Source: an uncultured Prevotella sp. (GTDB taxonomy: Bacteria; Bacteroidota; Bacteroidia; Bacteroidales; Bacteroidaceae). From it: a stretch of DNA of 64,000 nucleotides. The stretch lies in assembly GCA_900768785.1 (NCBI GenBank), contig CAAGEG010000050.1:16057-80056 (forward strand), written 5' to 3'. The notes under the pieces are model-generated. The model searched no databases. It was given only the letters and a program-made list of their open reading frames with translations, and was not told the DNA's origin. The position numbers and the translations under genes were made by a program. This document shows positions 31,529 through 39,051 of this stretch, in pieces (within the stretch, counting starts at the first letter, position 1; each line of letters starts with the position of its first letter).

Positions 31529-32800
31529 TTATCTTATTATTGTTTGTTCACGATCCGGACCTATGGATATGATAGCTATCGGTGTTTCGAGTTGTTCTTC
31601 AAGGAATTTTATGTAGTTTTTAAATTCTTCGGGGAACTGTTCCTCGCTTGTTATTTTTGTCATATCTGTTTTCCACCCTTTCATCTCTGTGTATATGGGT
31701 GTTATTCCGTCTTCTATGTTGTATGGGAAGTCTTCCATGCGTTTGCCGTCACGTTCATAAGCCACGCAGGCTTTGATGGTGTCGAATGTGTCGAGCACAT
31801 CGCTTTTCATCATAATGAGTTTTGTCACCCCGTTAACCATTATGGAGTATCTTAGAGCGACGAGGTCTATCCATCCGCATCGGCGTTCTCTTCCTGTGAC
31901 AGCTCCATATTCGTGTCCTATGGCGCGTATCTTGTCGCCTGTTTCGTCGAAGAGTTCTGTTGGGAATGGTCCTGCACCTACGCGTGTACAATAGGCCTTC
32001 ATTATGCCGAACACGTCTCCTATTTTGTTAGGTCCTATACCGAGTCCTACACATGCTCCTGCGCATATTGTGTTTGATGAGGTTACGAACGGATAACTGC
32101 CGAAGTCGACATCGAGCATTGTGCCTTGTGCTCCTTCGCAGAGTATGCTTTTGCCTTCTTTGAGGTGTTTGTTTATTACGTGTTCTGAGTCTATGATGTT
32201 GAATTGCTTGATATATTCTATTCCTTCAAGCCATTTCTTTTCTACGTCGCTAATGTCGTAGTCGGTGTATCCCATAGATTGGAGCATCTTTTCGTGTCTT
32301 GCTTTGTGTGCGGCATATTTTTCGCTGAAGTTTTCAAATATGTCACCCACTCTTAGTCCGTTTCTTGATACTTTGTCGGTGTAGGTCGGTCCGATTCCTT
32401 TGCCTGTGGTGCCTACTTTGTTCTTGCCTTTTGCTGCTTCGTAAGCTGCATCGAGCACTCTGTGTGTGGGCATTATGAGGTGGGCTTTCTTTGATATGCA
32501 GAGTCTTTCTTTGAGGTTGTGCCCGCTTTTTTCAAGGTCTTTGGCTTCGTCCATAAAGAGGTCGGGTGCGAGAACCACGCCGTTGCCGATGATGTTTGTC
32601 TTGCCTCCTTGAAAAATGCCTGAGGGTATGCTTCTTAGTACATATTTTTCGCCTTCAAACTCAAGGGTGTGTCCTGCGTTGGGACCGCCTTGAAATCTTG
32701 CTATTACGTCGTATTGTGGTGTGAGGACATCCACTACTTTGCCTTTTCCTTCATCTCCCCATTGGAGTCCGAGCAATACGTCAACTTTGCCTTGTTTCAT
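31529..32800 (-). CDS. purA: Adenylosuccinate synthetase
   Basis: QWGDEGKGK, GTTGKGIGPTY, EGAQG, YPFVTSS. Confidence 0.98.
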   Translation of the reverse strand: MKQGKVDVLLGLQWGDEGKGKVVDVLTPQYDVIARFQGGPNAGHTLEFEGEKYVLRSIPSGIFQGGKTNIIGNGVVLAPDLFMDEAKDLEKSGHNLKERLCISKKAHLIMPTHRVLDAAYEAAKGKNKVGTTGKGIGPTYTDKVSRNGLRVGDIFENFSEKYAAHKARHEKMLQSMGYTDYDISDVEKKWLEGIEYIKQFNIIDSEHVINKHLKEGKSILCEGAQGTMLDVDFGSYPFVTSSNTICAGACVGLGIGPNKIGDVFGIMKAYCTRVGAGPFPTELFDETGDKIRAIGHEYGAVTGRERRCGWIDLVALRYSIMVNGVTKLIMMKSDVLDTFDTIKACVAYERDGKRMEDFPYNIEDGITPIYTEMKGWKTDMTKITSEEQFPEEFKNYIKFLEEQLETPIAIISIGPDREQTIIR

Positions 32801-32842
32801 AATACTTGTTGTTCTGTTATTTGTTTTTGTTATTTGCTTTGT

Positions 32843-33322
32843 TTATTCTTTGTTTTTCCTTTTGTTGTTTTTGCGTGTCAGCGCACCTTGACATTTGCTG
32901 CATATTCCGTATATGCTGAATGTGTAGTTTTCTTTGCGAAAGCGTTTTGTACGAACGTTTCTGAATATTTCGTCAACCTCAGGCGATGATATTTTTGTTA
33001 CTTGTCCGCATAGTGTACACACGCTGTAACAGCCGTCTCCTGTAAATTCCGCTTTGTATCTTATGGCTTTGTTTATTCGTATTGCGGAGACAAGTTTTAT
33101 TTCCATAAGCAGGTTCAGGGTGTTGTATATTGTTGCCAGACTTACGTGGAAATGGTCTTTTTCCAGGATTGAACTGATATCATCTGTTGTGAAGAATCCT
33201 TCAAAACTGTAAGCGGCTTTCAGTATGGCAAACCTTTCGGGGGTTTTTCTGTATTTGTTCTGTGTCAAATAGTTGAGCAGAATGTTTATTGCCTTTTCTG
33301 TTATGTCGCTTGATGTGTCCAT
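32843..33322 (-). CDS. Fur-family transcriptional regulator
   Basis: RKTPERFAIL, VSLATIYNTL, CxxC and GICSKC. Confidence 0.88.
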   Translation of the reverse strand: MDTSSDITEKAINILLNYLTQNKYRKTPERFAILKAAYSFEGFFTTDDISSILEKDHFHVSLATIYNTLNLLMEIKLVSAIRINKAIRYKAEFTGDGCYSVCTLCGQVTKISSPEVDEIFRNVRTKRFRKENYTFSIYGICSKCQGALTRKNNKRKNKE

Positions 33323-33559
33323 GTGTGTTCGCTATTCCTTGACAAAATTACACAAAATGTATGTAATAAACGAATAAATCGTCAAGAAATGGTGTTGTTT
33401 CTTTATAATCGGCAAGTTGAGGGTTTGTTGTGTGGCTTGGTGGTTGTTTTTGTCTGTTGTCGGTCGTTGGGTTGGCGGTTTGGTGTGTCAAGGTTTTGTT
33501 GTGGTTGTGTTGTTTTCGGCGTGCCGTTTTTGTCGGTTGTTGGATCGGAGGTTCGGGGT

Positions 33560-34129
33560 TTATTGTCGTGTGTTGTTTTCGGTAAGTCGGTTTATGGCGT
33601 TTCCTGCTGCGTGTCTTACGGCTAAATTGTTGTGGTTCAAGGCTTTCTGTGCTAATGTTTTGAATGTTTCAAATTCGTTGTTTTCAAGCGTGATGCCTTT
33701 CATAAACAGTCGTGAAAGTGTCTGATAGCCGCAAATGGTTATAATGTCGCTCTTGTCTGTTATCCATTCAAGGGCGTGCTCTTTGGCGTTTTCTATGTGT
33801 TGAAACAGCTTCATGGCGGCAATTTCGGCTATCTCTTGGTTGGGTATCTCGTGTGCCCATGTTTTTGTTTTTTCGTGTGTCATTGTTTCGGGTGGCATCA
33901 TCATGAGTGCCAGTATCTTAGACTCGCGAATATCTTCTACCCATAACAGTTGTGCGAGTTCGTGGTCTTTGCCGTGTTGTTGTGCGTAGGCGGTGAGTTC
34001 GGGCAGACTGATGCCCCAAATTATTTTGTATGCGAGTCCTTTGTTTCTCATCGATTGTGAAACAACGCCGTTCATGTGCAGTCTGTACCATGTTTTCAGC
34101 TCTTTCAGTCTGTCGGTTGCCGTTGTCAT
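33560..34129 (-). CDS. DNA alkylation repair protein (AlkD-like HEAT repeat)
   Basis: MNGVVSQSM, WGISLPEL, LWVEDIRESKILA. Confidence 0.75.
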   Translation of the reverse strand: MTTATDRLKELKTWYRLHMNGVVSQSMRNKGLAYKIIWGISLPELTAYAQQHGKDHELAQLLWVEDIRESKILALMMMPPETMTHEKTKTWAHEIPNQEIAEIAAMKLFQHIENAKEHALEWITDKSDIITICGYQTLSRLFMKGITLENNEFETFKTLAQKALNHNNLAVRHAAGNAINRLTENNTRQ

Positions 34130-34160
34130 CTGTGTGGGTGTTTATATATTATAATATGTG

Positions 34161-36110
34161 TCAATATTCTCTGCTGTATCGCAACATCTGTTCGGTGTAG
34201 CTTTCGGTGTAGTCGGGCACAATGTCTGTTATCTTGCCTTTGTCGTCTCTGACGGCTTTAAGTCGGGGATTTACAAATCCTTTGTATGGCGGGATGTTCA
34301 GTTTGTCGTATCTTTCTTTTATTTCTTTGTGTAGTTCGGGGTCTGTTTTCACGGCGTATCTCTCTACGATATCTTTTGCTGCCTGATAGTCGCCTTCGCT
34401 CTTAATGCGCTGTATTTCAGCCAATAGCTGTGCAAACAGGTCTCTTAGTTTTTCATAGTCGTTGATTTTTACAAAGGTTTTGCCGTTTTTGCGAACAAGT
34501 TCTACTATGTTGTTTTTCTTGCCTTGTTCGTAACACCGGTGGGCTATGAGTGCTCTGTTTCTCATGTGGGCTTCTTCTATGTCTTGTCCTATGTTAATGC
34601 GAGCCATTTGTGTGAGCAGTCCGTTCATCATATAGGTATAATATGTTGCCTTGTATGCTTCTTTGTCGGGCAAGAGTCCCAAGTCGGTGAGTTTTTTGTC
34701 GGCGCAGTAGTATAGTCCGAATAGGTCGGCGCGAGCTTCTTCTATGGTACTTCCATATGCTTTCAGCGCGTCTTGACTTACGCCTTCAAGCAGTTGTCCG
34801 CTACCGTGTCCGAGACATTCGTGCAGGTCGGTGTGGATAATGTCACAGAGGTTGCCGTATTTATCTATGAGACAGCGTGTTTCGTTGTCTATGACAAATT
34901 CTTCAAGAAAGCCGTTGCCACGTGCAGCTTCGTTATATGCGTTGATGATATTGCTTATAGTAACGCTTTTCGAACCGTGTTGTGCTCTTATCCATTCGGC
35001 GTTTGGGAGGTTAATGCCAATGGCGGTAGCGGGATATTCGCCGCCACCGAGCATGGCGGCACATATAACGTTGGCTGTCACACCTTTAACTTGTTTTTTC
35101 TTAAATCTCGGGTCAACGGGTGAGTGGTCTTCAAACCATTGTGCGTTGTCGCTTATGAGGCGTGTGCGCATGGTGCCTTCTTTGTCTCTGTATTCCACGA
35201 GTCCTTCCCATGTGCCTTTAAGTCCTAAGGGGTCGTCGTAGGTTTCAATAAATCCGTTGATAAAGTCAATGTCGGCTTCGGTTTCTTTTACCCATTCTAT
35301 GCAGTAGGTGTTGAATGTTCTAAGGTCGCCTGTTGTGTAGTAGTCTATAAGGTGCTGTATTATAGAGCGTTGGTTGTTGTTTTCGGCTGTTTCTTTTGCT
35401 TTTTCAAGCCAATAGATAATGTGTGTTATCTGTTTGCTGTATTTGCCACCCACTCGCCATGTTTCTTCTTTTATTGTTCCGTTTTCTTTGACAACGGTTG
35501 TGTTAAGACCGAGTGAGAGGGGCTCTTTGTCGTTATTGTCTTTCAGTTGTGCATAGTAGGCTTCTACTTCTGCTTGTGTTACATCCACGAAGAAGTTGCA
35601 TGCCGAATTTTTAACTATATCTTCGTGGGCTTTTTTTGATACTTTTACGGGTGCTATGTTTGGGTCGTAAATTATTGGTATTAGCTCTTTTACGAGTTCT
35701 TCGTGTGTTTGTTTCTCGCTTAGTGGCAGCTGTTCTTTTTTTAGTGTGTTTACTGCGTCTGCGAAGAATTGTTTTGTGAAGTTTGGTATAAACTTTTCGC
35801 AACCGTAATGATGATATATACCGTTTGAGAACCACACTCTTTTGAGATAAGTTTCCAGTTGTCGGAAGTTGTCGGTGTTTCTGTCGCCTTCGTAGTGCAG
35901 ATAGATAGCTTCGAGGGTTTTGCGTATAAGTATGTTCCATTTGCCGAATTGGTCAAATGTGATGTCTCGTCCTGCGAGTGCAGCTTTGGCGAGATAGTAG
36001 GCGAGGGCCTTTTGCTTGAGGGTGAGTTGTTCGAAGTTCTCAAGTCTATATCTTAGTATTCTTATATCGGCGAAGTCTTCTACGATATATTGAAACTTAT
36101 CTTCTGTCAT
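34161..36110 (-). CDS. Dipeptidyl-peptidase III (M49)
   Basis: HECLGH zinc motif, EEARAD, GINLPN. Confidence 0.93.
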   Translation of the reverse strand: MTEDKFQYIVEDFADIRILRYRLENFEQLTLKQKALAYYLAKAALAGRDITFDQFGKWNILIRKTLEAIYLHYEGDRNTDNFRQLETYLKRVWFSNGIYHHYGCEKFIPNFTKQFFADAVNTLKKEQLPLSEKQTHEELVKELIPIIYDPNIAPVKVSKKAHEDIVKNSACNFFVDVTQAEVEAYYAQLKDNNDKEPLSLGLNTTVVKENGTIKEETWRVGGKYSKQITHIIYWLEKAKETAENNNQRSIIQHLIDYYTTGDLRTFNTYCIEWVKETEADIDFINGFIETYDDPLGLKGTWEGLVEYRDKEGTMRTRLISDNAQWFEDHSPVDPRFKKKQVKGVTANVICAAMLGGGEYPATAIGINLPNAEWIRAQHGSKSVTISNIINAYNEAARGNGFLEEFVIDNETRCLIDKYGNLCDIIHTDLHECLGHGSGQLLEGVSQDALKAYGSTIEEARADLFGLYYCADKKLTDLGLLPDKEAYKATYYTYMMNGLLTQMARINIGQDIEEAHMRNRALIAHRCYEQGKKNNIVELVRKNGKTFVKINDYEKLRDLFAQLLAEIQRIKSEGDYQAAKDIVERYAVKTDPELHKEIKERYDKLNIPPYKGFVNPRLKAVRDDKGKITDIVPDYTESYTEQMLRYSREY

Positions 36111-36123
36111 TTATTTGTGGTTT

Positions 36124-36573
36124 TTATTGTTCTGTTTCTTTTGCTTTTTTCTCTTTTGTCATACGAAGATAAAGCTGAAGATATTGGCGCGGTGTGATTT
36201 GAAAGTTTTTATAAAAGGCGGCATAAAAAGGTTGTCGGTGCTTAAACCCCACAAGTCCGGCTATGTCTTGAACGTTAAGGTTTAATTCTTTAAGTTTCTG
36301 TATATATTTGAGTGAAGCTTCAACTCGGCATTTATTGACAAAAGACGGAAAGTTCATGCCGTAGCCGAGTTTAATTGCCGCTGCCACATATCGTGTGTTG
36401 GTGTTGAGCTCTTTTGCGAGCTGTTCGATTCTATAATTCTCAACAAGATATCTTTTTTTCTTGACTATTGTTTCTTTTATTTTTGGTTTTAGTTCCTGAA
36501 TTCTCTTTTTCGGGATAGTGTTTGTGTACGCTGCCGGTTCTTTTTCGTTTGGGTGAATTTGATATTTTGCCAT
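36124..36573 (-). CDS. AraC-family HTH protein
   Basis: LAKELNTNTRYV..GMNF..IAGLVGF..FYAAF..TPRQY. Confidence 0.85.
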   Translation of the reverse strand: MAKYQIHPNEKEPAAYTNTIPKKRIQELKPKIKETIVKKKRYLVENYRIEQLAKELNTNTRYVAAAIKLGYGMNFPSFVNKCRVEASLKYIQKLKELNLNVQDIAGLVGFKHRQPFYAAFYKNFQITPRQYLQLYLRMTKEKKAKETEQ

Positions 36574-36812
36574 AATCCTGATTGTTTTATTAATGTATCG
36601 ATTTGCAAATTTACGAAAAACAAAGGAAACGCGAGTTGTTTAATAGCTATTTTTGATTTCTGTGGTTTTATTTTTCTTATATATAAATATGTACGAGTAC
36701 CTTATAATAAATACGATAGTGATATCGTTTGCCAAATGTTTACAAAACAGCGCTGTTTTTAACGTCTCGTGGAGTGGAAAATCTACATAAATATTACTCA
36801 TGTGTGAAAATA

Positions 36813-36895
36813 AGACAAAATGTCATACTGACTGACAAAAAGTCACTATAGTTTAATGTGTTGGTGCTTTTTAAAATTCAGGCATGGTGTTTGTT
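36813..36895 (+). promoter_or_regulatory. Two TGACA/TGTCA-type dyads plus sigma54-like -24/-12 element upstream of the 404-aa ORF
   Basis: AGACAaaaTGTCA 36813-25, TGACAaaaAGTCA 36833-45, AGGCATGGTGTTTGT 36880-94 (GG-N10-GT). Confidence 0.5.
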
Positions 36896-36925
36896 ATATT
36901 TTATGTATAATCAATTTTTTTTAAT

Positions 36926-38140
36926 ATGATCATTACCACTATAGTAGAAAAGAATGAGGAAGGCCTAAAAACAATATTACAGGCCGCAAGTATGTTCTGT
37001 GAAGAACGTTATTTATATGCAATTTTTCAAAATAATATGACGAAAGACGAAGTGGTTCGTCTTACAAGTTTTGTGCGTTCTAAAGAGTCTCAATTCAATT
37101 CAGAGATTCTTTCGCTTGCTAAATTCGCCCATAAGTGGCTTGATAGCTATGCAACAGATAATAACAGCTGTTTTGATGCTGCTGCAAATATGTTAAATAA
37201 AATCAGAGGTGCGATTAGTGGGGCTAAAAAAATTTATAAAAAGTTTTGCAAAAGAACAAGACGACAGCTTCCAAATGTAAACAACTGTTCTGTGCTTGCG
37301 CCATCTGAAAATGTAAACACACGTTCTGTGTTTAAGGCATCTGAATTAGCTAACCCTAATTATATTGATGATTTTTTCGGGATCGGCTCGTATGACGCTT
37401 GTGTTGCTGATTTATATAAAATACTTGAAATATTTTATCGAGAATTTTATTTTAGTTTAACGTTGTGCCGCATGATGTTAAGGTTAGAGGCACAGAAGAG
37501 AAATTCGCCTGAAATTATGGATATTTACAATAAAGCCATATGCGAAATGACTAAAGAGGCGAAAGAATTAATAGAGATTTATAAGGGGGCAGGTATCGAA
37601 GTCCCGCTTGATGACTTGAGTAAGGCAATTAGGGATAGTGATGACCGACTAATGGTTATTGCAGGCAATTATCATGCGTTGGATAAAACAACAATGAAAA
37701 TGCATGTTGCTCGGCAGCTTCAGGAGAAAAGTAAATCTACCGGACTTACCGTTGATGAACATATTCTGTGGCCCAACCAAACTGACAATGTGATTATTTA
37801 TCGGAATATGGCTCAACATTACGACGAAATAAGTCCTAAAAACAAAGATGGGAAACTTAATAGTTACGAAGTGGCTGCTTTCATGAGTTGGACAGGAATT
37901 AAAGAGAATGAAAATAAAACTACAACATTTGCGAAATGGCTTAGAGAAAATTATAGGGGGCAATATGCTCTGCCTGCTGCTAATACATTGAACAAAGCTA
38001 AAAACAAAGTAAATTTAAACAATGCAGACAATCATTTTTTGGATAAGGGTAGTTTTGATGTAAGATTGGATGAGCTTGCCACTAAGTATAATCACAGCCC
38101 AAAAAATATTCTTGACGACGCTTCAATTACTTTTAATTGA
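36926..38140 (+). CDS. Hypothetical protein (404 aa), no recognised domain
   Basis: Long open frame, ATG, followed by a strong terminator. Confidence 0.8.
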   Translation: MIITTIVEKNEEGLKTILQAASMFCEERYLYAIFQNNMTKDEVVRLTSFVRSKESQFNSEILSLAKFAHKWLDSYATDNNSCFDAAANMLNKIRGAISGAKKIYKKFCKRTRRQLPNVNNCSVLAPSENVNTRSVFKASELANPNYIDDFFGIGSYDACVADLYKILEIFYREFYFSLTLCRMMLRLEAQKRNSPEIMDIYNKAICEMTKEAKELIEIYKGAGIEVPLDDLSKAIRDSDDRLMVIAGNYHALDKTTMKMHVARQLQEKSKSTGLTVDEHILWPNQTDNVIIYRNMAQHYDEISPKNKDGKLNSYEVAAFMSWTGIKENENKTTTFAKWLRENYRGQYALPAANTLNKAKNKVNLNNADNHFLDKGSFDVRLDELATKYNHSPKNILDDASITFN

Positions 38141-38165
38141 TAATTTGTTTTTTTATTATAGCTAT

Positions 38166-38202
38166 AAGACGGAACATTGAAAGAGTGTTCCGTCTTTTTT
38201 TT
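38166..38202 (+). terminator. Intrinsic terminator
   Basis: AAGACGGAACAT / GTGTTCCGTCTT then T-run. Confidence 0.85.
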
Positions 38203-38229
38203 GATTATGTCATTTGTTTTCTTAGCTGA

Positions 38230-38284
38230 GTGACCAACTGAGTGACCAACTGCTTTTTTGCGTGACCAACTGTGTGACCAACAG
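38230..38284 (+). repeat. 4 direct repeats GTGACCAAC(T/A)G in two 12-bp-period pairs
   Basis: Copies at 38230, 38242, 38262, 38274. Confidence 0.9.
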
Positions 38285-38316
38285 CCTTTCAAAGTGCTCT
38301 TGAAGTGAACTAATTG

Positions 38317-38348
38317 TTTGTAATCCAATGTTTTAAGTTCTACCTTTG
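38317..38348 (+). promoter_or_regulatory. Bacteroidetes housekeeping promoter of the primase-helicase operon
   Basis: TTTG (38317-20) - N20 - TACCTTTG (38341-48), matches TTTG-N19-21-TAnnTTTG. Confidence 0.75.
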
Positions 38349-38466
38349 CCTTAGCTTAGACGGGGAAAATGGTCAAGCGTTGGACCGTAGGCCGGTGCTA
38401 CTTCCTTAGTCTTTGCGAGGCAGCTTCGGTGTAGCACCTGAAGAATATGCCGGAAAGAATATTTAT

Positions 38467-39039
38467 ATGTTAAATATTAGTAAAGCAAAATTCTCGATGT
38501 TTAATCCGGGAATTAACAAACCATCGGGGCAAAAGCCCTACATGCAGGGGACTTTGAGCGACGTCTTCGCTGTGATGAACACTCCCCAGATAGCGCAGCT
38601 TACGCGAGAATTACGGGCGCTAAAAGATGAGAAACAACAGAAGCTCTTTAAGGCTGAAAAACTTCCGTTTGTGACGTTTTCCGGGCAGTTCTCTTATCGT
38701 AACACAAAAGGACTGATTGCCCATTCGGGGTTGATGTGTTTTGATTTTGACCATCTTTCTAATGACGCTGATGTTCAGCGCGTTAGAAAGGTGCTGCTCG
38801 GTGACCCTACGTTTGCGACAGAACTGATGTTCACTTCTCCGCGTGGGAATGGCGTTAAGTGGGTAACACACATAGACTTAGAGCGCGGCGACCACGCGAA
38901 GTGGTATAGGGCGATTCGACAATACCTATTATATAAATATGGTATAGAAGCCGACCCGGCCCCTTCGAGTGTGTGTTCGGCGTGTTTCCTGTGCTGGGAT
39001 GCCGATTTAGTTATAAATAATCAAATATGCGTATTTTAA
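38467..39039 (+). CDS. BT4734/BF3469 (VirE_N) family protein, AEP primase-like (start placed at MLNISK)
   Basis: KLPFVTFSGQF..R, HSGLMCFDFDHL (DxD), FTSPRGNGVK, ACFLCWD. Confidence 0.85.
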   Translation: MLNISKAKFSMFNPGINKPSGQKPYMQGTLSDVFAVMNTPQIAQLTRELRALKDEKQQKLFKAEKLPFVTFSGQFSYRNTKGLIAHSGLMCFDFDHLSNDADVQRVRKVLLGDPTFATELMFTSPRGNGVKWVTHIDLERGDHAKWYRAIRQYLLYKYGIEADPAPSSVCSACFLCWDADLVINNQICVF

Positions 39040-39051
39040 AACAAAAACAAC

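Noticed and set aside
33323..33725. Cys/Val/Gly-rich + strand ORFs
   Set aside because: Artefacts of the extreme G/T skew, which depletes stop codons; they overlap a real minus-strand gene.
38361..38452. Type II hammerhead ribozyme (GAAA..stem..GUA..stem..CUGAAGA)
   Set aside because: Extra A in the GAAA strand, about 5 unpaired nt at the cleavage junction, and no stem II adjacent to the core; not canonical.
38448..38475. dif site explaining the skew switch
   Set aside because: ATATGTTAAAT resembles a XerD arm (10/11), but the XerC side (TGCCGGAAAGA) lacks the ATAA inner dyad, and it overlaps the likely start codon.
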